Below, one piece after another: positions 1 to 9,305 of a stretch of DNA of 64,000 bases. Positions within the stretch are counted from its first letter, which is position 1, and each line of letters opens with the position of its first letter. The notes beneath the pieces were generated by a model that had not been told where the DNA came from, did not search any database, and was given only the letters and a program-made list of their open reading frames with translations. A program made the position numbers and the translations under genes. The stretch is from Dehalococcoidia bacterium (lineage in GTDB: Bacteria > Chloroflexota > Dehalococcoidia > Lucifugimonadales > CAJWER01), in contig CBDBQI010000006.1 of assembly GCA_965209165.1 (NCBI GenBank), positions 258,891-322,890 on the forward strand. The letters are read 5' to 3'.

Positions 1-1167
1 GTACGTCCCCATCTCGGTCCGGTTCTGCACACCCGCCGAGACGCCGTCGCTGTCGGCGAACAGCTTGGGTTGGCTGAACCATATGGGCTGGCGGGCGTTT
101 GGCCTGTACTCCCCTAGCAGGAAGAACATCGACCTGCGGTTGAACAAGTACGGCCGGCCCCACAGCGGCTGTGGCCCAGAGCTGGCGGAGCCGTCGTTGT
201 TGTGGGTCTGCTGCAGGTAGCGGCCGTCCTCCAGGGCGAACAGCGGCGGCGGGCTGCCGGGGTTCAGGACGCGCTCGCCGCCGTCCCTGTACCGCATGGG
301 CTCCACGGTCCTCCATGTCGCCCCATCGTCCTCAGACACGGTGTAGTAGACCGAGCCGACGCTCGTTCTGAGCACCATGAAGAGCCGTCCGTCCGGCAGC
401 AGGGCCGGGCAGGGCTCCATCCCGCCCTTTGGCAGGCCCGCCACGGGCTCGTCCGGCAGCCACGTGATGTCGATGTTCGCTGGGTCCGGGCCCTCATCGA
501 TGTTGTTGAAGCGCATGAACTCCAGGAAGGCCCTGTCCTTCGGGTAGTCGTCCCGGTTGGGGTTCCACCGGCCGAACGCCCAGAGCCACCGGCCCTTGGA
601 GTCGCGGATGGCGTTGACCCAGCCGATCCAGTTGGGGGGCAGCTCGGGATCATGGTCGTCCCATGGGCGCCGGTTCATCGGTATCACCTCGGGGTCCGAC
701 CACGTCAGCCCCTCATCGTCCGAGTAACGGCACCGTATCAACCCGTGGGAGTTGCTGCCCATGCCGCTGTGTTCCTGGCGCTTGATGTAGAAGATGTAGA
801 CGCGCCCGGAGTCGCTGACGATTGGGAAGCCGTAGAAGGCGCACTTGTGCCGTGCCTCGTTGGGCCCGTCGATCTCGTAGGGCGCGCTCCACGTTTCGCC
901 CCCGTCCTCGCTGCGGGCCATGACCACGCAGGAGTTGTCCGCCCCCTCGTACGTGCCCTGGCACCACGTGCCGATCAAGTTGCCCTTCGTCGTGGCGACG
1001 ACAAGGAAGTGGACGTTGTCCGTGTCGTGGCCGATGAACTCCTGGGGCAGGTAGACCACGTAGTCCGGGCCGCTGCGCTTCCACTCGTCCGTGTAGCAGG
1101 GCGGCTCGCCCGGGTCCCGCTCGACCGGCGCGCCCATCGTCCCGTACTTCAGGTTGAACCTTCCCAC
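1..1167 (-). CDS. BNR/Asp-box sialidase-like beta-propeller protein, C-terminus beyond window edge; paralog of 6217..7506
   Basis: Absent from the ORF track because it has no stop inside the window. My minus-strand translation from GTG at 1165-1167 reads VGRFNLKYG and ends VQNRTEMGTY at nt 1. This is colinear with MGRYSLKYG...VQNRLDCGTY of 6217..7506, and nucleotide blocks near 60-200 and 6400-6540 align by eye. Confidence 0.7.
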   Translation of the reverse strand, partial: MGRFNLKYGTMGAPVERDPGEPPCYTDEWKRSGPDYVVYLPQEFIGHDTDNVHFLVVATTKGNLIGTWCQGTYEGADNSCVVMARSEDGGETWSAPYEIDGPNEARHKCAFYGFPIVSDSGRVYIFYIKRQEHSGMGSNSHGLIRCRYSDDEGLTWSDPEVIPMNRRPWDDHDPELPPNWIGWVNAIRDSKGRWLWAFGRWNPNRDDYPKDRAFLEFMRFNNIDEGPDPANIDITWLPDEPVAGLPKGGMEPCPALLPDGRLFMVLRTSVGSVYYTVSEDDGATWRTVEPMRYRDGGERVLNPGSPPPLFALEDGRYLQQTHNNDGSASSGPQPLWGRPYLFNRRSMFFLLGEYRPNARQPIWFSQPKLFADSDGVSAGVQNRTEMGTY

Positions 1168-1217
1168 AGATCTTCCTCCTTGCACGGGAGAGCGGCGCGC
1201 CAGGGCGATGGAGTACC

Positions 1218-1889
1218 TTACTGCCGGCCGGCCTTCAGCCGGTCGATCTCGGCCTGGATGGCTTCGCGGTCGGCCCCCAGCGAGACCGCCTTGTCAATGT
1301 CCTGCTGGGCCTCCTCGTCATCGCCGAGGAGGGCGCGCGCTATGCCCCGCTTCGCGTAGGCGTCGGTAAACTCGGCATCGAGCTTGATGGCGCCGTCGAA
1401 GCCGTCGGTAAGGATGGCTGCGCGGTAGTTGCCGCGCGTGAACTCGACAAGGCCGCGGTCATAGAAGAGTTGCGGGTTGCGCCGGTAGGCGGCGATACCA
1501 TTCCCGAAGGAGTCTAAGGCCGCGTCGAGGTCGCCCGTTTTGAATTGGGCGAGACCCAGGTCCCTGAATAGCTCGGCGAACTCCTGCTCGGTGATCCTGG
1601 AGCCGCCCTGGCTGACGGCGTGCTGCTGCCAGAATACGGCCTCCCCGAAGTCCTCGACCGCCTTGTCGTACTGTCCGAGGCCGTAGTAGACGCGTCCGCG
1701 GCTGTTCAGGGCGCGTATGTCCCGGTCGTCCGCTTCGATCGCCTCCGTCAACCGCGCGATCGCGTCCTCGGGCGACTCCCCTGGCTGGACCGCCTCCTTC
1801 GCCGCCCCGTCTTCTTCCGAAGAGCCCCCGCACGCGGCCACCAGCGCTGCCGTAAGAACCAGCATGGTGATTGCGGCTAGTCGCCTCAT
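1218..1889 (-). CDS. TPR-repeat lipoprotein
   Basis: Track ORF 1218..2219 trimmed to the ATG at 1887-1889, which is preceded by GGAG..GGAGG. The N-terminus MRRLAAITMLVLTAALVAACGG is a signal peptide with a lipobox. TPR-like repeats follow (YYGLGQYDKAVEDF, FKTGDLDAALDSF, YAKRGIARALLGDDEEA). Confidence 0.75.
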   Translation of the reverse strand: MRRLAAITMLVLTAALVAACGGSSEEDGAAKEAVQPGESPEDAIARLTEAIEADDRDIRALNSRGRVYYGLGQYDKAVEDFGEAVFWQQHAVSQGGSRITEQEFAELFRDLGLAQFKTGDLDAALDSFGNGIAAYRRNPQLFYDRGLVEFTRGNYRAAILTDGFDGAIKLDAEFTDAYAKRGIARALLGDDEEAQQDIDKAVSLGADREAIQAEIDRLKAGRQ

Positions 1890-2091
1890 GGCGGGTACCT
1901 CCGCTCCGGGGCAGGGTCTCCAGGCGCGATTATACGCACGGGCAGAAACGGGCGCAACGGAGCCGGGGCGGACTAACCCGGCAGGTATCGACCCGCTTCG
2001 GCGCTGTCTTTGCGGTGTCCGTCGTTTATGCGATGATAGCCATCGAATGCCGCCTTGAGGGCCACATGCACTCGGACGCCGGAGGAGAATC

Positions 2092-3006
2092 ATGCCCAGC
2101 CGACCACTGAACATCCTGATAGTAGCAGCACATCCAGCCGACAGCTTCGACCAGGCCGGGGGCACGCTGGCGCACCACGTCGAGAGGGGCGACAACGTGA
2201 CCGCCGTGGTCACCACCACCGGAGTCCGGTCGCATCACTGGGAGCTGGCCGAGAAGAAGCGGCACATGGGAGCCGACTTCGACGTTGAGGAGGCGGTGCG
2301 CCGGGCCACGGAGGAGAAGCTGGAAGAGGTCCGCGCCGCCTGCCGCATCATGGGGTTCGACGACGTCCGCGACCTGGGGTTCGAGGACGACGACATCCTG
2401 GTCACACAGGAGAAGATCGAGGCCATCGCGGACGTGATCCGCGAGGTGAAGCCGGACATCCTGATCAGCCATCACCCGTTCGAGAGCGGCGGGCTGAAGA
2501 TGCACGGGAGCATAGGCCAGTGCACGATGTACGCGTGGCAGCTGGCCCAGGGGACGGGCCGCGGCAGGCAGGAGCGGCACCCGGTGCCGGTGCTCTACTT
2601 CATGAACCCGACAGCCTACGTGGGCAACAACAGCCTGGAGTACGCCGGGACATCAAGGACCGACCTGTACATCGACATCACGGACGTGATCGAGAAGAAG
2701 GTGATGGCCCTCGACAGGATATCGAGCCAGTTCTACGGCGGCCCGTACTCGAGGAAGCGGTCGGAGACCTCCGACGGCGCATACGGCCAGTCCGCCTACG
2801 TCGCCTACGCCGAGTCATTCCAGCGCTTCCTGCCGCAGGTGCTCTACTACCTTCCCATTACCGAGCAAGAGATGGAGGGACACCAGCAGGGCCCGGAGGT
2901 CGGCATGGGCAGGCGCGGCGAGATAGTCGGCGGGCTGATGCCGCTCCCGCCGAACATGGCCTACAGCTCGGAGTACAGGGTGCCCAAGGAGAAGTACGTC
3001 ACCTAG
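2092..3006 (+). CDS. PIG-L/LmbE family N-acetylglucosaminyl deacetylase-like protein
   Basis: N-terminal ILIVAAHPADSFDQAGGTLA matches the PIG-L (AHPDD-type) motif, followed by ISHHPFESGG. A GGAGGAG RBS precedes the ATG. Confidence 0.8.
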   Translation: MPSRPLNILIVAAHPADSFDQAGGTLAHHVERGDNVTAVVTTTGVRSHHWELAEKKRHMGADFDVEEAVRRATEEKLEEVRAACRIMGFDDVRDLGFEDDDILVTQEKIEAIADVIREVKPDILISHHPFESGGLKMHGSIGQCTMYAWQLAQGTGRGRQERHPVPVLYFMNPTAYVGNNSLEYAGTSRTDLYIDITDVIEKKVMALDRISSQFYGGPYSRKRSETSDGAYGQSAYVAYAESFQRFLPQVLYYLPITEQEMEGHQQGPEVGMGRRGEIVGGLMPLPPNMAYSSEYRVPKEKYVT

Positions 3007-3084
3007 TCTGTCCTCTGCAAGGGCACCTCAGCCCGGATCCGACGCTATTCGAGCTGGCCCCCCGCCCCACTGGATTGGGGACAG

Positions 3085-3112
3085 TTCCTGCTCGCAGGAA
3101 TCCCTGCGAGGG
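3085..3112 (+). repeat. Hairpin repeat family B (TTCCTGCTCGCAGGAA core), copy 1
   Basis: ttcctgctcgcaggaatccctgcgagg contains two overlapping perfect hairpins (TTCCTGC/GCAGGAA and CTCGCAGG/CCTGCGAG). The 16-nt core recurs at 52501..52516. Confidence 0.6.
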
Positions 3113-3170
3113 CCACATAAGGGGATGGAAGTGGCGCGTCTCAGTCACCCTAGCTTCGGCTAGTGTCCAC

Positions 3171-3213
3171 GGGGCCGGGGACTGGATACCGGCTCTCGCC
3201 GGTATGACGGTAT
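3171..3213 (+). repeat. Hairpin repeat family A (GGGGCCGGGGACTGGATACCGGC-N4-GCCGGTATGACGGTAT), copy 1
   Basis: Near-identical copies occur at 48721..48763 (+) and 59948..59986 (-). The core is the palindrome ATACCGGC/GCCGGTAT. This copy lies in the convergent intergenic region. Confidence 0.7.
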
Positions 3214-3286
3214 AGGTGTAGGGTGGCCACTCTCATAGCACTGACGGTGATGCAAAGGGCTCCTCAGGGCGAGGCGGGCGGGACCG

Positions 3287-4369
3287 CTACACCTGCTGGA
3301 GGAAGGCCCAGAGGGCGTCGAAGCTCGCTCCGGTCAGCGGCTCGTGCCGGAGGATGGTGTTCACGTCGTTCCCGCGAGACGCGTCGGACATGAAGGCGGG
3401 GGCGTGCTCGAGGGCCTTGCGCAGCTCATCGCGCGACACGTCGATGTCCCGGGGACGCCATCGCACCTTGCAAATGTCGAGCCATCCGGCGAGCGTGCCC
3501 ACGTCCTCCTCGCAGTACCACGCGATGACGACGGCGCCCAGCGCCACGAACTCCCCGTGCACCCACGTCCTGCCGTTGATCTCCTCCGCCGCCAGCCAAA
3601 GGGGATGGTCGGCGGCCGTTGCCGCGGGGTGCCGGACGTTCCGCTCGTCCCTGTTCTTGACCGCCTCCATGATGAGGTAGACGCTGTCGGCCGTCAGCTC
3701 GCCGGCCTGGTCCAGGGTCCTGGGGAACTCCGTGACTATGTGGCGGAAGTGGTCGGCGGTCACGGACAGCGCGGACTCGTCGTAGGGCTCGCCGACGCCC
3801 AGCCTGGAGTTGCGGCGCCACTCGCAGAAGGCCGAGTAGCTGCAGAGCACGTCTCCCAGGCCCGCCGTGTTCAGGTAGTAGGGCGCCTTCAGCACCAGGT
3901 CGTAGTCGATGACGACGTGGTCGAAGTCGAGCCAGGGCCACGTGTCGACCGAATCGACGGTGCTGTGGCCGTTCCACCTGGCGAAGAAGCTGTGGATGAT
4001 GGCCCCGGTCGACACAATCGTGGGGACGAGCACGAGGGGAAGCCCCTTCTTCAGGGCGACGTACTTCGACGCGTCGACCGCGATGCCTCCGCCCATGCCG
4101 ACGATCAACTCGACTCCGTCCGGCACCGTGTCGGTGATCTCCTGCAGGTGCGTCCAGTCGAGCAGGCGGGCGTAACCGTAGCCCTCAGGCTCGCGTGCCA
4201 GGAAGGGCTGTGCCGCGCCATATGCACTGGGGGAGGTCACTGCGAAATAGGCAGGCCACCCACGGCTCTCGCCGGCCAGCAGACCGCTGCCGTAGCGGAG
4301 GTCATGCTGGGCCGCCGTCTTGGCCTCTCCGGCGACCGCGCCGCTCCAGCTTCCCCTGGGTTCCTTCAT
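3287..4369 (-). CDS. Iron-containing alcohol/glycerol dehydrogenase family protein
   Basis: VGMGGGIAVDASKYVA (GGGxxxDxxK nucleotide-binding motif), VPTIVSTGAII, and a histidine-containing C-terminal metal region (HPLW...VHGEFVALG). A GGAGGGG RBS lies upstream. Confidence 0.7.
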   Translation of the reverse strand: MKEPRGSWSGAVAGEAKTAAQHDLRYGSGLLAGESRGWPAYFAVTSPSAYGAAQPFLAREPEGYGYARLLDWTHLQEITDTVPDGVELIVGMGGGIAVDASKYVALKKGLPLVLVPTIVSTGAIIHSFFARWNGHSTVDSVDTWPWLDFDHVVIDYDLVLKAPYYLNTAGLGDVLCSYSAFCEWRRNSRLGVGEPYDESALSVTADHFRHIVTEFPRTLDQAGELTADSVYLIMEAVKNRDERNVRHPAATAADHPLWLAAEEINGRTWVHGEFVALGAVVIAWYCEEDVGTLAGWLDICKVRWRPRDIDVSRDELRKALEHAPAFMSDASRGNDVNTILRHEPLTGASFDALWAFLQQV

Positions 4370-4563
4370 TGCCCCTCCAACCGGCGTGAGTCTATCGGAG
4401 CGTCACTAGGCGGTCAAGCGAAGGAATCAGGGCAGTTTCGTCTACTTCGTGGCAGCCATCCGAACACCATCGCCTTCACTATCGACATAAAGCGGTATGG
4501 TGTAAGCTCCCGGCAATGCCGGGGTACTGCAGCGGATCGAAGTGACCGCGAGACCCGCGGAAG

Positions 4564-6192
4564 ATGGCCTACATGAGACTCACCGCCGTCGTAGCACTTG
4601 GGGTCGTCCTGTGCCTCGTCTCGGCATGCGGCACGGACGCGCTCCCCTTTACTGAGATAGGCGACTCCGCCGGGGTCGCCTTCCGCCACAACAAGCCCAA
4701 CCGGTCCATGCCCCTCGGAGGCGGCACCGTCGTCTTCGACTACGATAACGATGGACGGCAGGACATCTACGTACCCAACTCCATCGGCCCCAATGCCCTT
4801 TACCGCAACGATGGCGACGGCACGTTTACCGACGTGGCCGCGGCCGCGGGAGTGGCCGATACAGGGGGTGAGGGGAACGGCGGCTGCGCGGCGGACTACG
4901 ACAACGACGGCGACCGGGACCTGTTCGTCACGAACTACGGGCCCAGCAGGCTGTTCCGCAACCTGGGAGACGGCACATTCGACGACGTGACCGGGGAGGC
5001 CGGCGTCCACGACGGCGACACGTACCACCGGTCCATGGGCTGCGCGTGGGGCGACTACGACAGGGACGGGCTGCTGGACATCGTGATAGTGCGGCACCTC
5101 CACGAGTGGAACCCCGACCTCTTCCGGGACAAGGACTATGCCATGGCGGTCGGCGGACTGGTCCTGTACCACAACCTGGGCGGCGGCACATTCGAGGACG
5201 TGACCGACCTGCTCGGCGACACGTCGGGCCCGAGAGAGGGCCCCTACGCCGTGCTCGGCAACATCTGGGGCGCTGGATTCCAGCCGGCATGGTTCGACTA
5301 CGACGACGACGGCGACCCGGACCTCTACGTGGTCAACGACTTCGGCGTGGAGGTGCAGCCCAACGTCCTGTGGCGAAACGACGGCCCCGCGACCGGCGGG
5401 GGCTGGAGTTTCGTGGACGTGTCCTGGGACTCGCGGGCCGATGTCGCCATCTATGGGATGGGCGTGGCCGTGGGGGACTACAACCGCGACGGGGCGCTCG
5501 ACCTGTTCGTCACCAACATCAAGGACAATGTCCTGCTGCGCAACAACGGGGATGGGCTGACTTTCTCCGACGTGAGCCGAGAGGCCGACGTTGGAGTAGG
5601 GATGATCGAACGGAAGCTGCGGGTGGCGTGGGGCACGGCCTTCTTCGACTACGACAACGACGGCTACGAGGACCTGTACATCGTCAGCGGGTTCCTTGGG
5701 GGCAAGGAGGTGGGCGCCAACCCGGAGGAGCAGCGCAACGTCCTGCTGCGGAACCTGGGTGACGGCACATTCGAGGACGTGTCCGCAGAGAGCGGCATCG
5801 ACGACGCGGGCGTAGGACGGGGCGGCTCCTACCTGGACTTCAACGGCGACGGCTGCCTCGACTTCTACATCGTCAATCTCGACGGCAACGCCAGGCTGTT
5901 CGAGAACTTCTGCGGGTGGGGCAACAACTGGCTGGCGGTCGAGGCGGTGGGTGCGGCGAGCAATCGAGACGGCGTCGGGGCGCGGATCACCGTGACCACC
6001 GGCGAGGTACGCCAGGTGCGGGAGGTCTCGGCCGGCTCCAGCTCCATGGGACAGAACATGCTGCCCGCCCACTTCGGACTAGGCGAGGTCTCGAATATCG
6101 ACTCGGTAGCCGTCAGGTGGCCCAGCGGCAAGCTGCAGACGCTCTCGGACGTCAGCGTCAACCAGCGCCTGACCATCACTGAGCGCGAGTAG
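4564..6192 (+). CDS. FG-GAP/VCBS-repeat lipoprotein with C-terminal ASPIC/UnbV domain (CRTAC1-like)
   Basis: Signal peptide with lipobox (VVLCLVSACG). Seven D-x-D/N-x-D-G-x-x-D repeats (FDYDNDGRQDIYV, ADYDNDGDRDLFV, FDYDDDGDPDLYV and others). C-terminal NRDGVGARITV...GSSSMGQN...HFGLG is ASPIC/UnbV-like. Confidence 0.8.
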   Translation: MAYMRLTAVVALGVVLCLVSACGTDALPFTEIGDSAGVAFRHNKPNRSMPLGGGTVVFDYDNDGRQDIYVPNSIGPNALYRNDGDGTFTDVAAAAGVADTGGEGNGGCAADYDNDGDRDLFVTNYGPSRLFRNLGDGTFDDVTGEAGVHDGDTYHRSMGCAWGDYDRDGLLDIVIVRHLHEWNPDLFRDKDYAMAVGGLVLYHNLGGGTFEDVTDLLGDTSGPREGPYAVLGNIWGAGFQPAWFDYDDDGDPDLYVVNDFGVEVQPNVLWRNDGPATGGGWSFVDVSWDSRADVAIYGMGVAVGDYNRDGALDLFVTNIKDNVLLRNNGDGLTFSDVSREADVGVGMIERKLRVAWGTAFFDYDNDGYEDLYIVSGFLGGKEVGANPEEQRNVLLRNLGDGTFEDVSAESGIDDAGVGRGGSYLDFNGDGCLDFYIVNLDGNARLFENFCGWGNNWLAVEAVGAASNRDGVGARITVTTGEVRQVREVSAGSSSMGQNMLPAHFGLGEVSNIDSVAVRWPSGKLQTLSDVSVNQRLTITERE

Positions 6193-6216
6193 ACGGGTTC
6201 GCGGCTGGACTGCTTC

Positions 6217-7506
6217 CTAGCCCGCGGGGACGTGCATGTCGGCCAGGAGCGAGTCGGGGACCTTCTTGCCCAGCAGGAAGTGCTTGCGGTCGGGGTACCA
6301 GAGTATCCGCTTGCCGTCGATGTCGGTGAGGCTGCCGTAGGTCCCGCAGTCGAGGCGGTTCTGGACCCCGGCTGACACGCCGTCGGTATCCGCGATCCTC
6401 TTGCCCTGGCTGAACCAGATGGGCTGGTGCGCCTCCGGCCTGTACTCGCCCACCGCGATGAACATCGACCGCCGGGAGAAGCTGTAGGGGCGCGACCACA
6501 TGGGCTGCGGGCCGCCGCTCGCGCTACCGTCGTTGTTGTGATACTGAAGCAGGTAGCGGCCATCCGCGAGGTGGAAGATCGGGCACGGGCTACCTGGGTT
6601 GAGGACGCGCTCGCCCTCGTCCCGGTAGAGCATGGGCTCGGGGCGCCTCCAGCACCTGCCCTCGGCATCCTCGGACACCGTGTACCAGACGCTGCCCTCC
6701 CCCGTCCGCAGTCCCATGAAGAGCCGACCGTCGGGCAGCAGGACAATCGACGGCTCTATGCCGTGGAGGGGCATGGGAGAGATGGGCTCTTCCGGCAGCC
6801 ACGTCAGCTCAAGGTCTTCGGGCTCGGGCCCGTCGTCGATATTCACAAACCGGATGAGGTCGGTCCAGTGGTCGTTAGCGCCCGGCGTCCTCCTGTTCGT
6901 GTACCTTTCGACGGGGACCACCAGGGTCCCTGACGAGTCCCGTATCGTGTTCGTCCACACCTTCCACTTCGGCGGCATGTCCGGGTCCGGGTCGTCCGCC
7001 GGTCGTCTTATCACCGGGATGTCTACGGGCGGCGACGACCACGTGACGCCATCGTCGTCCGAGTACCGGCAGCGCATAAACCCCCGCGTCGAGTCCACCT
7101 CCCACGTGCCCAGGGTCTTCTTGATGTAGAAGATGTAGATGCGCCCCGCGCGGCTGACCACCGGAAACCCGAAGAAGGCCATGTTGTACCGGGCGTCGTT
7201 CGGGCCGTCTATCTCGACGGTCGTGCCCCAGGTCTCGCCGCCGTCCTCGCTCCGCGCGCACACCACCGAGGAGTTGTCCGCCGCCTCGTAGGTAGCCTGC
7301 GTCCACACCCCCAGCAGGGTCCCCTCGTTGGTCGGCGTGACCAGGAAGTGGACGTTATCGGTGTCGGTCCCGATGAACTCCTGAGGCAGATAGACCACGT
7401 GGTCGGGACTCGTCCGCTTCCACTCATCGGTGTAGCACGGCGGCTCGCCCTCGTCATACTGGATAGGGTTGCCGATCGATCCATACTTGAGGCTGTATCG
7501 GCCCAT
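6217..7506 (-). CDS. BNR/Asp-box sialidase-like beta-propeller protein
   Basis: Asp-box motifs SEDGGETWG and SDDDGVTWS. No signal peptide. Paralog of the partial gene at 1..1167. Confidence 0.8.
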   Translation of the reverse strand: MGRYSLKYGSIGNPIQYDEGEPPCYTDEWKRTSPDHVVYLPQEFIGTDTDNVHFLVTPTNEGTLLGVWTQATYEAADNSSVVCARSEDGGETWGTTVEIDGPNDARYNMAFFGFPVVSRAGRIYIFYIKKTLGTWEVDSTRGFMRCRYSDDDGVTWSSPPVDIPVIRRPADDPDPDMPPKWKVWTNTIRDSSGTLVVPVERYTNRRTPGANDHWTDLIRFVNIDDGPEPEDLELTWLPEEPISPMPLHGIEPSIVLLPDGRLFMGLRTGEGSVWYTVSEDAEGRCWRRPEPMLYRDEGERVLNPGSPCPIFHLADGRYLLQYHNNDGSASGGPQPMWSRPYSFSRRSMFIAVGEYRPEAHQPIWFSQGKRIADTDGVSAGVQNRLDCGTYGSLTDIDGKRILWYPDRKHFLLGKKVPDSLLADMHVPAG

Positions 7507-7977
7507 TTCGACGCCTCCTCACGGGGGTCCGGGACCAGCGGGCGCCATCGCCCGCAGGCGGCCGTGTTCTTGTGTGTGAGTTCAGAGGAACCCCGCAGCT
7601 ATTATATATACTCAGCCCCGCCGATTGGCGCCCGCCGACCCGAGAGCCGAGGCCTCGACACATAGGAGACTGCCGTCTGGCCAGCCCATTCAAACAGAGG
7701 GCCGACCGTCCCACTGGGGATGCCTAGTCCACTTCCCCACGTGGGTCTGCCGTCGGTGCCAGCCAAGGCCCCATCCTCAGGGATTGGGCTGAACGGCTGG
7801 TGACAGGCCAATAGAGTGAGCTCGAACTTAGCTCGGTCGGGTACTTGGGCCTCCCGGTTAGCAGTGCAATATCGTGGAGTCGGGTGCTATTGTAGGCGGG
7901 GATATGTGGGGCACGAGTCGGACCGTGACCCACAATCTGACGCTGCGGCAAGCACAAACAGGCGATGAGGTGTCAGC

Positions 7978-8832
7978 ATGGGCAAAGAACGAGCTGAACG
8001 AAGGAAGACCACGATCCTCGACCTTCAGCGAATGAAACGGCAGGGCCGGAAGATCACTATGCTGAGCATCCCGGACTACCCCATGGCCCTCCTCGCCGAT
8101 CGGGCTGGCCTAGACACTATTCTCGTCGGCGATTCGCTGGCGATGACCGTCTTGGGCTACGAGACAACCGTCCCCGTGACTCTGGACGAGATGCTCCACC
8201 ACACCAGGGCCGTAACGCGCGCGACCAGATATGCCCTGGTGGTCGGTGACATGCCATTCATGTCGAACAACACGTCTGAGCGCGATGCCATCATCAACGC
8301 CGGGCGGTTCATGCAGGAGGGCGGCGCCGATTCGGTGAAGGTCGAGGGTGGAGTCGACGCGGCCCACATAGTCAGGGCGATTGTGAGAGCAGGGATGCCG
8401 GTCATGGGCCACGTTGGTCTAACCCCTCAGCACATTTCCCTGCTCGGGGGATACAGGGCCCAGGGCCGGGACGTGCAGACCGCGCGGCAAGTCATCGAAG
8501 ACGCGCTGGCGGTCGAAGAAGCGGGAGCGTTCGCTGTCATCCTGGAGTGTGTGCCGGACCAAATTGCGAAGATCGTAACGGAACGCCTCGAGGTCCCCAC
8601 CATCAGCTATGGCGCCGGCGTCTACTGTGACGGTCAGGGCCTCGTTGCGCACGACATCCTGGGCCTGTTCGATCGGTTCACTCCGAAATTCGTCAAGAAG
8701 TACGCCAACCTGAGTGAAGAGATATCGGGCGCCTTCGAGGCCTACGTCGGGGACGTCACGCGCGGCGAGTTCCCCACGAGCGAGCACTCCTACCACGTCA
8801 ATCAAGATGTCCTGGACGAGGTCAGCCGGTAG
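7978..8832 (+). CDS. panB: 3-methyl-2-oxobutanoate hydroxymethyltransferase
   Basis: Full-length match to the PanB pattern (ITMLSIPDYPMALLADRAGLDTILVGDSLAMTVLGYETTVPVTLDEMLHHTRAV..VVGDMPF..VKVEGG). A GAGGTG RBS is present. Confidence 0.9.
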   Translation: MGKERAERRKTTILDLQRMKRQGRKITMLSIPDYPMALLADRAGLDTILVGDSLAMTVLGYETTVPVTLDEMLHHTRAVTRATRYALVVGDMPFMSNNTSERDAIINAGRFMQEGGADSVKVEGGVDAAHIVRAIVRAGMPVMGHVGLTPQHISLLGGYRAQGRDVQTARQVIEDALAVEEAGAFAVILECVPDQIAKIVTERLEVPTISYGAGVYCDGQGLVAHDILGLFDRFTPKFVKKYANLSEEISGAFEAYVGDVTRGEFPTSEHSYHVNQDVLDEVSR

Positions 8833-9191
8833 GGCCAGTACGGTCGGGGTCGCCAGACTGTACTGGACCTCACTTTCTCACGAGCGGCAGGTCTGGCAGC
8901 CCCTCGTGGCCCGTCCCAGGGTGTGCCCGACTCGGGACGCCAACTCCCGCGACGGGAAGGGCCGCGCCGTGTTGCCGCGCCGAACTTGTCGACGTGCTCA
9001 CATGAGCCGCGGTGGGTGACGGTGACGTTCGCGGCCCTGCTGCTATAGACCCAGTACTCCTGCTGCATCCTCACTTACCTAGCCGGGGTTCGTCCACCGC
9101 TCACCGAACAGCGCCGACCCGCCAACTCCGATAGAGTGTACATAGCAAGTGTGAGGCAGCTGTGAGTTGGTGAATCCATTTCAGTTAGTTA

Positions 9192-9219
9192 TTGTGATTT
9201 TCTGTCAAGGTGGCATAAT
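9192..9219 (+). promoter_or_regulatory. Candidate sigma70-type promoter (TTGTGA-N16-CATAAT) upstream of 9306
   Basis: Hexamers read directly in an AT-richer patch about 87 nt upstream of the start codon. No experimental support. Confidence 0.3.
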
Positions 9220-9305
9220 TGCATCAACTGGGTCGGGGGCCGGCAATGGAACGAAGTCGGCCCGACGGCGCCAAGTAGCCACGGCTCTAGTTAGCCAAGT
9301 CGAGG

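Noticed and set aside
3287-4369. Glycerol-1-phosphate dehydrogenase (archaeal-type lipid backbone enzyme), which would have extended the unusual-lipid theme.
   Set aside because: The GGGxxxDxxK and PT..ST motifs are shared by the whole Fe-ADH, glycerol dehydrogenase and dehydroquinate-synthase-like superfamily. I see nothing specific to G1PDH or AraM, so only the family-level call is made.
4414-6072. Very long ORFs antisense to recognised genes (for example 202..1359, 4414..6072, 15135..16385, 25427..27466, 35863..37221, 48096..48779).
   Set aside because: Their compositions are Arg/Gly/Pro/Ala/His-rich and low in complexity, typical of shadow frames in GC-rich DNA. Each fully overlaps a gene with clear family motifs on the other strand.
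7507-7977. 470-nt gene-free region upstream of panB as a possible riboswitch, SRP RNA or RNase P RNA (contains AGCCAAGGC).
   Set aside because: I could not find the SRP domain IV motifs (GGAA tetraloop with flanking AGCA/GNAR context), the RNase P conserved GAGGAAAGUCC, or a B12 box. No convincing conserved structure is visible by eye. It needs an Rfam scan before any claim.
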